Assembly: GCA_002254335.1 (NCBI GenBank)
Contig: NIVA01000001.1
Location: 1-46,193, forward strand
From: Bacteroidetes bacterium 4572_114
GTDB lineage: Bacteria; Bacteroidota; Bacteroidia; Bacteroidales; 4484-276
Direction: 5' to 3'
Length of the DNA: 46,193 nucleotides
Part shown: positions 18,433-29,276 of the stretch, in pieces
Numbering within the stretch: the stretch's first letter is position 1
Layout of the letters: each line of letters begins with the position of its first letter
Position numbers and translations under genes: made by a program
Notes under the pieces: generated by a model
Database searches by the model: none
The model's input: the letters and a program-made list of their open reading frames with translations, nothing else
What the model was told of the DNA's origin: nothing

Positions 18433-19800
18433 TTACATCCCCAAGGATGACGAACGTCCCTTAATCCTGCCCGACTTGGTCAATCCATCGTAATGGCGCA
18501 TCAACAGGTGGCTTTCGACTTGCTGCAATGTATCGAGCACAACCCCAACAAGTATCAAAAGTGAAGTCCCCCCAAAGAATTGCGCAAACCCCTGGCTTAC
18601 CCCGAACAGCCTGACAACGGCCGGCATAATTGCAACCAGCCCGAGGAACAGTGATCCAGGAAGTGTAATCCGTGATAATACTGTATCGATAAAATCGGCG
18701 GTCCTCCTCCCGGGCTTTACACCTGGTATAAAGCCACCGTTCTTTTTCATATCATCGGCCATCTGGTTAGGATTAACTGTAATGGCCGTATAAAAATAGG
18801 TAAACAGGACTATGAGGATAAAAAAGGTAAAATTATACCAGAAGCCGTTAATATTGGTAAAGGTAGCCGCAAAACCGGATAAAGATTCTGATTGTGCATA
18901 TTGTGCTACAGTTAATGGAAGGAACATAATTGCCTGGGCAAAAATGATAGGCATTACACCTGCCGCATTTACTTTTAGCGGAACATACTGGCGGACACCG
19001 CCATATTGTTTGTTCCCAACAATCCTTTTGGCATACTGGACAGGTATCCTACGCGTGCCCTGGACCAATAATATGGTAAGCAATACAACACCAACCAGAG
19101 CGATAATTTCGACCATGAACACAACTAAACCGCCACCTTGCTCTTCTAACCTTGAAACAAACTCGCCAAACAGTGCAAATGGCAACCTGGCAATGATACC
19201 TATCATAATTATAAGTGAGATACCATTTCCAATTCCTTTATCCGTAATTTTCTCACCCAGCCACATAACAAACATGGAACCGGCCGTGAGCATAATTATA
19301 GATGATATCCCAAAGAATGATAATACCGAATGATTTGTTATATTCGGGTCGAAGGGATAAATCCCTTCGGGCGGTAATTGTGCAGCAACGTTTGCAATGT
19401 AGGCCGGTGATTGGAAAATAAGGATAATCACAGTAAGATAACGTGTGATCTGAGTAATTTTCTTCCTTCCGCTTTCGCCCTCCTTTTGTAACCTCTGGAA
19501 ATAAGGGATTGCCATCCCCAACAACTGTACTACAATAGATGCAGAAATATAGGGCATGATACCTAACGCGAAAATCGACGCATTGGAAAACGCCCCGCCA
19601 GAAAACATGTTTAACAACCCTAACAGACCGCTTGACGACTGCTGTTGCAATGCATCGAGCATATTAGGGTCAACACCTGGCAAGACAATAAATGAGCCCA
19701 AACGATACAGGAGAATAACACCAAGAGTGTATGCGATCCTGTTTCTCAGGTCCTCAATTTTGTAAATATTACGTAAGGTTTCGATTAACTTTTTCATCAA
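18433..19800 (-). CDS. secY: Preprotein translocase subunit SecY
   Basis: 455 aa and polytopic. LGIMPYISASIVVQLL and the GGFIPGVKPGRRT motif are present. The start could equally be the second Met (19797). Confidence 0.97.
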   Translation of the reverse strand: MMKKLIETLRNIYKIEDLRNRIAYTLGVILLYRLGSFIVLPGVDPNMLDALQQQSSSGLLGLLNMFSGGAFSNASIFALGIMPYISASIVVQLLGMAIPYFQRLQKEGESGRKKITQITRYLTVIILIFQSPAYIANVAAQLPPEGIYPFDPNITNHSVLSFFGISSIIMLTAGSMFVMWLGEKITDKGIGNGISLIIMIGIIARLPFALFGEFVSRLEEQGGGLVVFMVEIIALVGVVLLTILLVQGTRRIPVQYAKRIVGNKQYGGVRQYVPLKVNAAGVMPIIFAQAIMFLPLTVAQYAQSESLSGFAATFTNINGFWYNFTFFILIVLFTYFYTAITVNPNQMADDMKKNGGFIPGVKPGRRTADFIDTVLSRITLPGSLFLGLVAIMPAVVRLFGVSQGFAQFFGGTSLLILVGVVLDTLQQVESHLLMRHYDGLTKSGRIKGRSSSLGM

Positions 19801-19803
19801 ATA

Positions 19804-20250
19804 TTATATTTTTGTTGCAACGCCCCCTTGAGCTTCAATTGCTGTTAACGCTGTACCTGAAAATGCATGGGCTGTAACCTCTACTTTGGCATTTAGCTCG
19901 CCGCGGCCCAAAATTTTGATCAGGTCATTTTTCTGGGCAAGTCCATTTTCGATCAATACCTCCAGGTTAATAACAGTAATTTTACTCTCTTCTGCGAGTT
20001 TTTGCAACGCATCAATATTAATTCCACGATATTCTTTGCGGTTTATATTTTTAAATCCGCCTTTTGGGACACGTCTGTAGAGTGGCATTTGCCCACCTTC
20101 AAAACCAAATTTCCTTGAGTACCCTGATCTTGATTGTGCTCCTTTGTGCCCTCTTGTTGCAGTCCCACCTCTTCCGGAACCCTGTCCGCGGCCAGTTCTT
20201 TTTTTCGGTTTGGTTGACCCTTCAGCCGGCTTAAGATTACTTAAATCCAT
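19804..20250 (-). CDS. rplO: 50S ribosomal protein L15
   Basis: 148 aa. GRGQGSGRGGTATRGHKGAQSRSG. Confidence 0.97.
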   Translation of the reverse strand: MDLSNLKPAEGSTKPKKRTGRGQGSGRGGTATRGHKGAQSRSGYSRKFGFEGGQMPLYRRVPKGGFKNINRKEYRGINIDALQKLAEESKITVINLEVLIENGLAQKNDLIKILGRGELNAKVEVTAHAFSGTALTAIEAQGGVATKI

Positions 20251-20272
20251 CTTGTTATGCTATTATAATAGA

Positions 20273-20452
20273 TTATACTTTTTCTACTTCGAGTAAATGT
20301 TTAACTTTTTCAACCATCCCAATAATTTGAGGGGTTGCGCCCACTTCAATTTGGTGGTTCATCCGCCGAATGCCAAGAGCCTGTAGCGTTCTTTTTTGTC
20401 TCAGGGTATGTCCAATACCGCTCTTGACTTGTTTTATCCTTAATTTCTTCAT
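20273..20452 (-). CDS. rpmD: 50S ribosomal protein L30
   Basis: Below the track length cut-off. Manual translation gives MKKLRIKQVKSGIGHTLRQKRTLQALGIRRMNHQIEVGATPQIIGMVEKVKHLLEVEKV (59 aa). Confidence 0.93.
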   Translation of the reverse strand: MKKLRIKQVKSGIGHTLRQKRTLQALGIRRMNHQIEVGATPQIIGMVEKVKHLLEVEKV

Positions 20453-20478
20453 TGCCGTAATTAATTTTATTGACTGAA

Positions 20479-20997
20479 TTAACCGTTGAAAACTCTTTCC
20501 ACTTCAATACCTCTCATCTGTGCAATTGTATAAGGATCACGCATTTTGGTAAGTGCGTTGATCGTGGCTTTGACCACACTATGAGGATTTGAAGACCCTT
20601 TGGACTTGGCAAGGACATCTTTAATACCAACGCTCTCGAACACGGCACGCATGGCGCCACCGGCGATTACACCGGTACCTGGTGCAGCAGGCTTCATAAA
20701 CACGTATGCACCACTATATTTTCCATAAGCTTCGTGGGGCAATGTTGCGTTTAATACCGGAACTTTAATCAGGTTTTTCTTGGCATCGTCAATACCCTTT
20801 GCAATAGCCGAGGTAACCTCTTTTGCCTTGCCCAGGCCGTGGCCAACTACACCATTTTCGTTTCCAACAACTACGATGGCCGAAAAGCTGAAGGTACGTC
20901 CACCCTTAGTAACCTTGGTAACCCTTTGGATACTTACAAGCTTATCTTTAAATTCGATTTCGCTCGATTTTACTCTTTTTATGTTTGCGTTTGCCAT
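20479..20997 (-). CDS. rpsE: 30S ribosomal protein S5
   Basis: 172 aa. [36 protein letters not shown]. Confidence 0.97.
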   Translation of the reverse strand: MANANIKRVKSSEIEFKDKLVSIQRVTKVTKGGRTFSFSAIVVVGNENGVVGHGLGKAKEVTSAIAKGIDDAKKNLIKVPVLNATLPHEAYGKYSGAYVFMKPAAPGTGVIAGGAMRAVFESVGIKDVLAKSKGSSNPHSVVKATINALTKMRDPYTIAQMRGIEVERVFNG

Positions 20998-21003
20998 AAT
21001 TCC

Positions 21004-21366
21004 TTAAAATTTAAGACCCTCTTTTCTTGCTGATTCGGCCAGCGATTTAACCCTGCCATGATATAAATAACCGTTCCTGTCGAACACCACTGCTTCGATA
21101 CCGGCATCTTTGGCTTTTTGGGCAATAACCTTTCCCACCTGTTTAGCCTGGTCTATCTTGGTTATTTTTTCTTTCGAAAAATCTGCGCTTTTCGAGGAGG
21201 CAGCTATTAATGTCTTACCTCCGAGGTCGTCAATGATTTGGGCATATATCTCTTTATTGCTCCTGAACACTGTCAATCTGGGACGTTCGGGCGTACCTGA
21301 AACAATCTTTCTGATCCTATGCTTAATCCGAAACCTTCTGTATTGTTTTTTACTTTTTATTGCCAT
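21004..21366 (-). CDS. rplR: 50S ribosomal protein L18
   Basis: 120 aa. [20 protein letters not shown]...[22 protein letters not shown]. Confidence 0.97.
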   Translation of the reverse strand: MAIKSKKQYRRFRIKHRIRKIVSGTPERPRLTVFRSNKEIYAQIIDDLGGKTLIAASSKSADFSKEKITKIDQAKQVGKVIAQKAKDAGIEAVVFDRNGYLYHGRVKSLAESARKEGLKF

Positions 21367-21409
21367 TTTACCAATGGTTTTATACTTTTCGTAGTTTATA
21401 TTCTATCTA

Positions 21410-21964
21410 TTAACTGGCAGCAGCTTTACCGGCTTTGCGCTTAATAACTTCGCCCCTGAAAATTACACCCTTGCCCTTGTATGGTTCGGGCTTCCTGAGG
21501 GAACGGATTTTTGCCGCCACCTGTCCAACAAGTTGCTTATCAGCAGATGTTAACGTGATGGACGGGTTTTTACCGCGTTCAGTTAATGTTTCAACTTTAA
21601 TCTCCTTTGGCATCTGAAACACGATGTTGTGCGAATATCCAAGGGACAGCTCAAGCATTTGGCCGGTAGCATTGGCCTTAAAACCAACACCCACCAATTC
21701 CTGTACAATGGTATATCCCTCGGTTACACCCTGTACCATGTTTGAAACCAAAGACCTGTACAAACCGTGCAATGCCTTGTGGCGTTTCTGTTCGGTAGGT
21801 CTTTCGAAACGGACTACCCCGTCATCAATTTTCACTTTGATATCTGCATCAACTTGTTGTTCCAGTATTCCCTTAGGCCCTTTAACAGTAATCAGGTTCG
21901 TGTCTGAAACCTTAATTTCAACACCCTTTGGGATACTAATCGGTAATTTTCCTATACGTGACAT
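21410..21964 (-). CDS. rplF: 50S ribosomal protein L6
   Basis: Start trimmed to MSRIGKLPISIPKGV (ATG at 21964). The longer track ORF would overlap rpsH. Confidence 0.95.
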   Translation of the reverse strand: MSRIGKLPISIPKGVEIKVSDTNLITVKGPKGILEQQVDADIKVKIDDGVVRFERPTEQKRHKALHGLYRSLVSNMVQGVTEGYTIVQELVGVGFKANATGQMLELSLGYSHNIVFQMPKEIKVETLTERGKNPSITLTSADKQLVGQVAAKIRSLRKPEPYKGKGVIFRGEVIKRKAGKAAAS

Positions 21965-21981
21965 TTGAACTTTCTCCTTTT

Positions 21982-22380
21982 TTAGCTGACGTAACACAAA
22001 ACTTCACCACCAACGTTTTCTATCCTTGCTTCCTTATCAGTCATCAATCCCCGTGAGGTACTGATAATTGCGATCCCCAATCCGTTCAACACCCTTGGGA
22101 GGTCTTTAGAACCGGTATATTGTCGTAGGCCAGGGGTGCTCACCCTTTGGAGTGAGGTTATGGCTGAGATTTTAGATACCGGATGATACTTTAAGGCAAT
22201 TTTTATACTTTCAGGAAATGTTTCATCCTCAAACTTATAATTGAGGATATAGCCTTTGTTAAAAAGGATTTTGGTGATCTCCTTCTTGATTTTTGATGAA
22301 GGCATTTCTACAATCCGGTGGTTCGCCATAATGGCATTCCTAAGGCTTGTAATAAAATCTGCAATCGGGTCAGTTACCAT
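21982..22380 (-). CDS. rpsH: 30S ribosomal protein S8
   Basis: 132 aa. DPIADFITSLRNA...GGEVLCYV. Confidence 0.97.
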   Translation of the reverse strand: MVTDPIADFITSLRNAIMANHRIVEMPSSKIKKEITKILFNKGYILNYKFEDETFPESIKIALKYHPVSKISAITSLQRVSTPGLRQYTGSKDLPRVLNGLGIAIISTSRGLMTDKEARIENVGGEVLCYVS

Positions 22381-22416
22381 ATCTTGCTTCTCTTTAAATT
22401 ATTTAATCAATAAATT

Positions 22417-22686
22417 TTACCAGCTTGCTTTTTTTATTCCCGGGATTAACCCCTGCAAAGCCATTTCCCTAAAATTGATCCGTGACAGCCCAAACAACCT
22501 CATATATCCTTTTGGACGGCCGGATAACTGACAACGATTGTGTATCCTGACTTTTGAGGAATTTTTAGGCAACTTTTGCAGAGCTGTGAAATCGCCGGCT
22601 GCTTTAAGTGCTGCACGCTTTTCAGCATATCTTTCAACAAGTTTCGCCCGTTTGACTTCTCTTGCTTTCATCGACTCTTTGGCCAT
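22417..22686 (-). CDS. rpsN: 30S ribosomal protein S14
   Basis: 89 aa. [13 protein letters not shown]...[24 protein letters not shown]. Confidence 0.96.
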   Translation of the reverse strand: MAKESMKAREVKRAKLVERYAEKRAALKAAGDFTALQKLPKNSSKVRIHNRCQLSGRPKGYMRLFGLSRINFREMALQGLIPGIKKASW

Positions 22687-22698
22687 ATCGCTAGTAAT

Positions 22699-23253
22699 TT
22701 ATTTCTTGTTTTTAAATGGGAATCCAAATTCTTTCAAAAGCGCATAAGCTTCTTTATCCGTATCTGCACTTGTAACAAAGGTGATGTCCATACCATTGAT
22801 CTTGTTCACCTTGTCGATATTAATTTCCGGGAAAATAATCTGCTCGGTAACACCAAGTGTGTAATTTCCACGTCCATCGAAACCTTTATCGTTTATCCCC
22901 CTGAAATCCCTTACACGTGGGATAGCTACGGAGATCAGCCTGTCTAAAAATTCATACATCCTATCGCCATGAAGCGTAACCTTTACACCAACAGGCATCC
23001 CTTTTCTCAACTTAAAATTGGAAATATCTTTTTTAGATATTGTAGGAACGGCCTTTTGCCCGGTAATTTGGGTCATTTCAGCAATACCATGGTCTATGAG
23101 CTTTTTATCGGCAATTGCACCTCCCAAACCCTGGTTAACAGATATTTTTTTTAATTCAGGCACCTGCATCGGGCTTGTGTACCCAAATTGTTTCATCAAT
23201 GCAGGATGTATCTCCTTTTGATACTTTTCCTTTATTCTTGGTGTGTAACTCAT
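22699..23253 (-). CDS. rplE: 50S ribosomal protein L5
   Basis: 184 aa. RDFRG....[18 protein letters not shown]. Confidence 0.97.
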   Translation of the reverse strand: MSYTPRIKEKYQKEIHPALMKQFGYTSPMQVPELKKISVNQGLGGAIADKKLIDHGIAEMTQITGQKAVPTISKKDISNFKLRKGMPVGVKVTLHGDRMYEFLDRLISVAIPRVRDFRGINDKGFDGRGNYTLGVTEQIIFPEINIDKVNKINGMDITFVTSADTDKEAYALLKEFGFPFKNKK

Positions 23254-23582
23254 TATTTAATTACCTCCCCTGATTTTTTTGAATAGCGTACCAGATTACC
23301 GGTCTTTTCATCTATTTTGCGGCCAACCCTTGTTACATTGCCAGCACCATCGACAAGCATTAAATTTGAAATGTTCATTGGTGCTTCTTTTTTTACAATG
23401 CCACCTTGTGGGTTCTCAGCATTGGGCTTGGCATGTTTGGTAACCAAATTTATGCCTTCGATAATGACTTTTTGCTTTTTGGCATCTACAACGAGCACTT
23501 TACCTTGTTGCCCTTTAGATTCACCGGCAATAACCATTACGTTGTCGCCCTTTTTTACAAATATTTTTTTTCCTTTGCTCAT
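23253..23582 (-). CDS. rplX: 50S ribosomal protein L24
   Basis: 109 aa. [21 protein letters not shown] (KOW motif). Confidence 0.96.
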   Translation of the reverse strand: MSKGKKIFVKKGDNVMVIAGESKGQQGKVLVVDAKKQKVIIEGINLVTKHAKPNAENPQGGIVKKEAPMNISNLMLVDGAGNVTRVGRKIDEKTGNLVRYSKKSGEVIK

Positions 23583-23601
23583 AATCAGTTCCTCATTTAA
23601 A

Positions 23602-23970
23602 TTATAACACTTCGGGTGCTAAAGAAACGATTTTCATATACTGCTTCTCCCTGAGTTCGCGGGCTACCGGCCCGAAAATACGAGTTCCGTACATTTCACC
23701 TGTCGGATTGAGAAGTACTACTGCATTGTCTTCAAACCGGATGTATGATCCATCGTTGCGGCGTATTTCTTTCTTGGTCCTTACCACCACAGCTTTAGAA
23801 ATAGTACCTTTCTTGATATTACCTGATGGGATTGCGCTTTTTACTGTTACAACTATCATATCACCAATTGTGGCATACCTTTTTCCGGTACCGCCCAGAA
23901 CATTGATGCATAGCACCGTCTTCGCACCACTGTTATCAGCAACCATCAGTCTGGATTCTTTCTGTATCAT
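23602..23970 (-). CDS. rplN: 50S ribosomal protein L14
   Basis: 122 aa. [17 protein letters not shown]...IRFEDNA.VL. Confidence 0.97.
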   Translation of the reverse strand: MIQKESRLMVADNSGAKTVLCINVLGGTGKRYATIGDMIVVTVKSAIPSGNIKKGTISKAVVVRTKKEIRRNDGSYIRFEDNAVVLLNPTGEMYGTRIFGPVARELREKQYMKIVSLAPEVL

Positions 23971-23973
23971 GAT

Positions 23974-24240
23974 TTATTTAGCTCTTTCAATTATTTCTAC
24001 TAATCTCCAACATTTGTTCTTGCTAATGGGCCGTGTTTCCATAATGCGAACGGTATCACCCTGGTTGCAGTCATTCTTGTCGTCATGTGCTGTAAACTTG
24101 GTGGCTTTTTTTACGTATTTCCCATACAAAGGGTGCTTCACCTTCCGTTCGACCCTAACAACAATGGTTTTATCCATTTTGCTGCTAACTACAAGGCCGG
24201 TCCTTTCTTTTCTCAGCGATCTTATTACTTTGCTTTCCAT
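23974..24240 (-). CDS. rpsQ: 30S ribosomal protein S17
   Basis: 88 aa. [30 protein letters not shown]. Confidence 0.96.
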   Translation of the reverse strand: MESKVIRSLRKERTGLVVSSKMDKTIVVRVERKVKHPLYGKYVKKATKFTAHDDKNDCNQGDTVRIMETRPISKNKCWRLVEIIERAK

Positions 24241-24255
24241 TATGATAATCTCTTA

Positions 24256-24456
24256 TTATAGTTTACCTTTAAACTTTCTGCTTTGCATCTCGGTTTTCAA
24301 TCTTGCAATTGTCCGGCGATAATCAGTAATTTTATGTGGGTTTTCGAGAGGGGAGACAGCATGGTTCAGCTTAAGCTTTACAAGTTGTTTTTCTTCCTCT
24401 TCCAACCTTTCAATCAAATCGTCGTTAGACAATTCTATTATAACACTTTGTTTCAT
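24256..24456 (-). CDS. rpmC: 50S ribosomal protein L29
   Basis: 66 aa in the position between rplP and rpsQ, with a helical Leu/Glu/Lys-rich pattern. Confidence 0.93.
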   Translation of the reverse strand: MKQSVIIELSNDDLIERLEEEEKQLVKLKLNHAVSPLENPHKITDYRRTIARLKTEMQSRKFKGKL

Positions 24457-24466
24457 TTCTCAACGA

Positions 24467-24892
24467 TTAATTTTCTTCAATGTAATCTCTTCTAACAATA
24501 AATTTGGTCTTAACCGGTAGTTTTTGGGCAGCAAGGCGCATTGCTTCTTTTGCAACTGCAAGGGGAACGCCATCGGCCTCAAAAATAATACGGCCGGGAC
24601 TGACCCTGGCAACAAATAATTCGGGGGCGCCTTTACCTTTTCCCATACGCACCTCAGCAGGTTTTTTGGTTACAGGTTTATCCGGGAATATCTTAATCCA
24701 AATCTGGCCTTCACGTTTCATATGACGTGTTACGGCCTGACGGGCAGCTTCTATCTGCCTACCGGTTAACCAGGCTGTTTCCAGGGTTTTAATACCAAAG
24801 GATCCAAATGCAAGCTGGTTTCCCCTTTGGGAATTGCCCTTCATTTTACCCTTCTGCATTTTTCTAAACTTTGTTTTCCTTGGCTGTAACAT
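24467..24892 (-). CDS. rplP: 50S ribosomal protein L16
   Basis: 141 aa. [15 protein letters not shown]...GKGAPE. Confidence 0.97.
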   Translation of the reverse strand: MLQPRKTKFRKMQKGKMKGNSQRGNQLAFGSFGIKTLETAWLTGRQIEAARQAVTRHMKREGQIWIKIFPDKPVTKKPAEVRMGKGKGAPELFVARVSPGRIIFEADGVPLAVAKEAMRLAAQKLPVKTKFIVRRDYIEEN

Positions 24893-24933
24893 TATGCTAA
24901 AGTTATTTTATTATTCAAATACAATTTCAAAAA

Positions 24934-25671
24934 TTATCTTCTTTGTTGACGTTGACGGGGCCGTGGCTTACGACCGCCGCCACCACCGGCACCCTGGCCG
25001 CCTTTTGGTCTCTTGTCACCCGAAAATGTTGGTACAAGTTCAGGTTTGCCAAAAATCTCACCTTTACAAATCCACACTTTTAAACCTATCCGGCCATATG
25101 TGGTATGTGCTTCAGTTTTGGCATAATCAATATCCGCCCTCAGGGTATGCAACGGTGTCCTACCCTCTTTATACATTTCATTCCTTGCCATTTCGGCTCC
25201 ACCCAAACGGCCTGAAATTAAAACTTTAATCCCCTCGGCACCAATTCTCATTGTTGAGGCTATTGTAGTTTTTATGGCCCTTCTGAATGATATCCTCCCT
25301 TCAATTTGGCGCGCTATGTTATTAGCAACCAAAACAGCATCAAGCTCAGGTCTTTTAATTTCAGAGATATTTATTTGTATCTCTTTGCCGGTAATTTTTT
25401 TAAGCTCTTCCTTAAGTTTGTCAACTTCTTGTCCGCCTTTTCCAATTATAATCCCGGGGCGTGCAGTTGTAATAGTTACGGTGACAAGTTTAAGTGTACG
25501 CTCAATAAATATTTTAGAAATCCCGGCTTTTGAGAGACGAGCATGAAGGTATTTCCTGATTTTATCGTCTTCGACAAGCTTATCTTTAAAATCATTTCCG
25601 CCATACCAGTTAGACTCCCATCCTTTGATGATTCCTAACCTAAGACCTATTGGATTTGTTTTCTGTCCCAT
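24934..25671 (-). CDS. rpsC: 30S ribosomal protein S3
   Basis: 245 aa. [14 protein letters not shown]...[10 protein letters not shown], with a Gly/Arg-rich tail. Confidence 0.97.
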   Translation of the reverse strand: MGQKTNPIGLRLGIIKGWESNWYGGNDFKDKLVEDDKIRKYLHARLSKAGISKIFIERTLKLVTVTITTARPGIIIGKGGQEVDKLKEELKKITGKEIQINISEIKRPELDAVLVANNIARQIEGRISFRRAIKTTIASTMRIGAEGIKVLISGRLGGAEMARNEMYKEGRTPLHTLRADIDYAKTEAHTTYGRIGLKVWICKGEIFGKPELVPTFSGDKRPKGGQGAGGGGGRKPRPRQRQQRR

Positions 25672-25716
25672 TCGGTGTTGAAATATATGTGATTATTTAT
25701 TTCTTATTAATTTAAA

Positions 25717-26127
25717 CTATTCCGTAGCTTCAAGTTGCCTGCTGTCAAGAACTACGGTAACATGATTTGAACGTTTCCTTATCCTGTGGGCACGGCCCTG
25801 GGGGGCAGGGCGGATCCGTTTCAACTGTCGTGCGCTGTCAACCATAACTGATTTAACAAAAAGGTTGCTCTCTTCCATCCTTACGCCTTCGTTCTTTTCC
25901 TGCCAGTTTGCAATGGCAGAGAGGACCAATTTATACATTCTTCCGGCAGCTTCCTTTGAGGTATGTTTCAAAATGTTCAATGCCATTTCAACATCTTTGC
26001 CCCTGATTAAACCGGCTACCAGCCGCATCTTTCTTGGTGAGGTCGGACAATTATTTAATTTGGCAAAGTACAACGACTTTTTCGCCTCTTTAATTTTTTC
26101 CGCTCTTATATGTTTACGTACTCCCAT
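25717..26127 (-). CDS. rplV: 50S ribosomal protein L22
   Basis: 136 aa. [20 protein letters not shown]. Confidence 0.96.
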   Translation of the reverse strand: MGVRKHIRAEKIKEAKKSLYFAKLNNCPTSPRKMRLVAGLIRGKDVEMALNILKHTSKEAAGRMYKLVLSAIANWQEKNEGVRMEESNLFVKSVMVDSARQLKRIRPAPQGRAHRIRKRSNHVTVVLDSRQLEATE

Positions 26128-26145
26128 TTTACTTCCCTTTATTTT

Positions 26146-26412
26146 TTATTTCCTATTACCAGCATGACCTCTAAACTGTCGTGTTGGTGCAAATTCACCA
26201 AGTTTATGACCGACCATGTTCTCAGTAACATAAACAGGTATAAATTTATTCCCGTTGTGGACTGCAATGGTCAATCCAACAAAATCAGGCGAGATAACTG
26301 AAGCTCTTGACCAAGTTCTAATAACGGTCTTTTTGCTGGCAGCTTGGTTTTCGAGAACTCTCTTTTCAAGCTTATAATGAATAAATGGACCTTTTTTAAG
26401 CGAACGACTCAT
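26146..26412 (-). CDS. rpsS: 30S ribosomal protein S19
   Basis: 88 aa. [10 protein letters not shown]...HNG..F.PV.V...[13 protein letters not shown]. Confidence 0.97.
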   Translation of the reverse strand: MSRSLKKGPFIHYKLEKRVLENQAASKKTVIRTWSRASVISPDFVGLTIAVHNGNKFIPVYVTENMVGHKLGEFAPTRQFRGHAGNRK

Positions 26413-26432
26413 CTTGAATTATGATTTTCTAA

Positions 26433-27260
26433 TTATTTTTTTCTTCTTTCGATAATGTACTTGCTTGTAGCTTTTTTCTTAGATCTGGTTTTATAACCTT
26501 TGGCAGGCAAACCTTTTCTTGATCTTGGCAAGCCTCCCGAAGCCCTACCTTCGCCACCACCCATTGGGTGATCTACCGGGTTCATTACCACGCCCCTTAC
26601 CCTGGGCCTTCTTCCAAGCCACCTCGTACGGCCGGCTTTTCCTGAAACTTCAAGGCTATGGTCCATATTGGAAACGATGCCGATGGTTGCCTTACACGTT
26701 TGGAGGATCATCCTGGTTTCACCTGATGGAAGTTTGAGAATTGCAAATTTCCCTTCTCTTGTCATTAACTGTGCATACGACCCTGCACTTCTTGCCATTT
26801 TACCACCCTGGCCCGGACGAAGCTCGATATTATGTATCACCGTACCAAAAGGGATTTCACTCAGATAAAGCGTGTTGCCCACATCAGGCGATACGCCCTT
26901 ACCGGAAAGTATTGTCTGTCCAACCTTAATTCCTTTAGGGGCAATAATATACCTCTTTTCGCCATCGGCATAAAACACCAGTGCTATACGTGCACTTCGG
27001 TTAGGGTCGTATTCTACGGTCTTTACAGTTGCCGGAATACCATCCTTATCGCGCCTAAAGTCGATGATCCTATATTTTTGCTTATGGCCACCACCTAAAT
27101 ATCGCATGGTCATTTTGCCCTCGTTATTCCTACCACCACTCTTCTTTTGCGGTTCCAGCAAACTCTTTTCCGGTTTGTTGGTGGTGGTTATCTCATCAAA
27201 CGCACTAATTACTTTGAAGCGCTGACTCGAAGTTGTCGGTTTGAATTTTTTTAAAGCCAT
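26433..27260 (-). CDS. rplB: 50S ribosomal protein L2
   Basis: 275 aa. [18 protein letters not shown]. Confidence 0.98.
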   Translation of the reverse strand: MALKKFKPTTSSQRFKVISAFDEITTTNKPEKSLLEPQKKSGGRNNEGKMTMRYLGGGHKQKYRIIDFRRDKDGIPATVKTVEYDPNRSARIALVFYADGEKRYIIAPKGIKVGQTILSGKGVSPDVGNTLYLSEIPFGTVIHNIELRPGQGGKMARSAGSYAQLMTREGKFAILKLPSGETRMILQTCKATIGIVSNMDHSLEVSGKAGRTRWLGRRPRVRGVVMNPVDHPMGGGEGRASGGLPRSRKGLPAKGYKTRSKKKATSKYIIERRKK

Positions 27261-27265
27261 TTATC

Positions 27266-27556
27266 TTAAATATTGCTGTAAAAATCAATTGTTTCACCTT
27301 CGGCCAATGTTATAATGGCCTTTTTAAATGATTTTGTCCTTCCGCCGATAAGACCTGTTTTGGTATTCCTGGATTTGTTCTTACCTGAATACCTCATAGT
27401 ATTTACACTCAGGACATCAACTCCGTACAATTCTTCAATAGCACCTTTAATCTGAAGTTTGTTGGCTTCATTGTGCACGACAAAACCATACCTGTTGAGC
27501 TTCTCCCCGAGGTCAGTCATTTTTTCGCTAATGATCGGCTTAATCAAAATATTCAT
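27266..27556 (-). CDS. rplW: 50S ribosomal protein L23
   Basis: 96 aa, located between rplD and rplB. KPIISEK...F.V...A.K..IK.A.E. Confidence 0.95.
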   Translation of the reverse strand: MNILIKPIISEKMTDLGEKLNRYGFVVHNEANKLQIKGAIEELYGVDVLSVNTMRYSGKNKSRNTKTGLIGGRTKSFKKAIITLAEGETIDFYSNI

Positions 27557-27562
27557 GATACC

Positions 27563-28219
27563 TTACGTATTTTGGTTATTTACTGCCTGTTGATTTTCGA
27601 ACATTTCACTAATATCATTTAAAGAAGTCTCAACGATTAGTATCCGTTGTGCTTTCATGATATCGAATGTATTTATGCTCTTCGAATTCAAGTATAAAAC
27701 TTCAGGGATGTTCCTTGCCGACAAGTAAATATTTGTGTCGGTGGAAGGTAACAATAACATTGTTTTTATACCTTCAAGATTAAAACTTTTCAAGATCCCT
27801 AAAAAGTTTTTAGTCTTAGGCGAATCGAAAGTAAAATCTTCGAGGACAGTGATTTTATTTTCTGCTGCTTTGTAGGACAGTGCAGATTTTCGTGCCAAGC
27901 GCTTGACCTTCTTGTTCAGTTTAAAACTGTAGTCGCGTGGTTTGGGGCCAAAAACACGGCCACCACCCCTGAAAATGGGGTTCTTGATATCTCCAACACG
28001 AGCAGTACCAGTTCCTTTTTGACGCTTCAATTTTCTCCTGCTACCGGTAATTTCACCACGTTCTTTGCTTTTATGCGTCCCCTGACGGTTGTTGGCCAAA
28101 ATCTGCTTCACATCAAGGTAAATTGCATGATCGTTGGGCTCGATACCAAAAATAGCATCGTCTAACGAAACAGTGCGCCCTGTCTCTTCCCCGCTAATAT
28201 TATATACTGTTAACTCCAT
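27563..28219 (-). CDS. rplD: 50S ribosomal protein L4
   Basis: 218 aa. [32 protein letters not shown]. Confidence 0.97.
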   Translation of the reverse strand: MELTVYNISGEETGRTVSLDDAIFGIEPNDHAIYLDVKQILANNRQGTHKSKERGEITGSRRKLKRQKGTGTARVGDIKNPIFRGGGRVFGPKPRDYSFKLNKKVKRLARKSALSYKAAENKITVLEDFTFDSPKTKNFLGILKSFNLEGIKTMLLLPSTDTNIYLSARNIPEVLYLNSKSINTFDIMKAQRILIVETSLNDISEMFENQQAVNNQNT

Positions 28220-28839
28220 CTTTCAACTATTACATATGATCCATTAGGCCCTGGAATGGAACCTTTAACAACAATTAAATTCTTTTCGGGAACAATTTTC
28301 ACTACCTGAAGATTGATCATCTTAACGCGTGTGTTTCCCATTTGGCCAGCCATACGCATTCCTTTGAAAACCCTCGAAGGCCATGAGGATGCACCGATTG
28401 AACCGGGGGCCCTTAGCCTGTTGTGCTGACCGTGGGTCGCATCATTTACACCTTTAAACCCATGACGCTTGACCACTCCCTGAAACCCTTTACCTTTACT
28501 GGTGCCAACAACATCAATAAATTCACCCTCTTCAAAGATCGATACATCAACTATATCACCAAATTTCTTTTGATGCCCGGCCTCAAACCTTGTAAACTCC
28601 CTAATGATTTTTTTTGGGCTTACACCGGCCTTTGAAAAGTGGCCCTTCATAGCATTAGTGGTATGCTTTTCTTTCTGTTCACCATAAGCCAACTGGATAC
28701 CTTCGTAGCCATCGGTCTCCTTGGTTTTTACCTGGGTAACTACGCATGGTCCAGCCTCTATAACAGTACAAGGGACATTCTTTCCCTCTTTGTTATAAAC
28801 ACTGGTCATCCCGATTTTTTTACCTATAATTCCAGACAT
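28210..28839 (-). CDS. rplC: 50S ribosomal protein L3
   Basis: 209 aa. [10 protein letters not shown]...[14 protein letters not shown]...THG. Confidence 0.97.
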   Translation of the reverse strand: MSGIIGKKIGMTSVYNKEGKNVPCTVIEAGPCVVTQVKTKETDGYEGIQLAYGEQKEKHTTNAMKGHFSKAGVSPKKIIREFTRFEAGHQKKFGDIVDVSIFEEGEFIDVVGTSKGKGFQGVVKRHGFKGVNDATHGQHNRLRAPGSIGASSWPSRVFKGMRMAGQMGNTRVKMINLQVVKIVPEKNLIVVKGSIPGPNGSYVIVERWS

Positions 28840-28934
28840 TATTAATAATGTTTAATTTTTTTTTTACCTATTACCAATCCCTGCCCCGAACCCCGAAAAC
28901 TTTCAGGCCTATCAGGGCTTCACAACAAAAACAA

Positions 28935-29240
28935 TTACACTTTTATCTCAACTTCAACACCACTGGGCAGTTCAAGTTTCATAAGTGCATCAATGGTTTT
29001 TGTTGTAGAACTGTAAATATCGAGAAGCCTTTTGTAAGAAGATAACTCAAACTGCTCCCTCGCCTTTTTATTTACAAAGGTTGCCTTGTTCACAGTAAAT
29101 ATCTTCTTGTTTGTTGGTAGTGGTATCGGGCCACTTACAACTGCACCTGTACTCTTTACAGTTTTAACGATCTTTTCGGCCGATTTATCAACCAGGTTAT
29201 GATCGTACGATTTCAGTTTTATTCTAATCCTCTGACTCAC
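28935..29240 (-). CDS. rpsJ: 30S ribosomal protein S10
   Basis: 101 aa. [15 protein letters not shown]....IV......[11 protein letters not shown]. Confidence 0.97.
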   Translation of the reverse strand: MSQRIRIKLKSYDHNLVDKSAEKIVKTVKSTGAVVSGPIPLPTNKKIFTVNKATFVNKKAREQFELSSYKRLLDIYSSTTKTIDALMKLELPSGVEVEIKV

Positions 29241-29276
29241 CTTATAAATATTTATTTATTCTTAACAATTCAGTAT

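Noticed and set aside
17264-20452. rpmJ and rpmD appear to be absent from the ORF track.
   Set aside because: This is not gene loss. Both are shorter than the 60-aa track cut-off and are present and intact on manual translation.
29241-29276. There is no tuf between fusA and rpsJ.
   Set aside because: As far as I recall this is the normal arrangement in Bacteroidota, where tuf is located elsewhere. It is not evidence of rearrangement.
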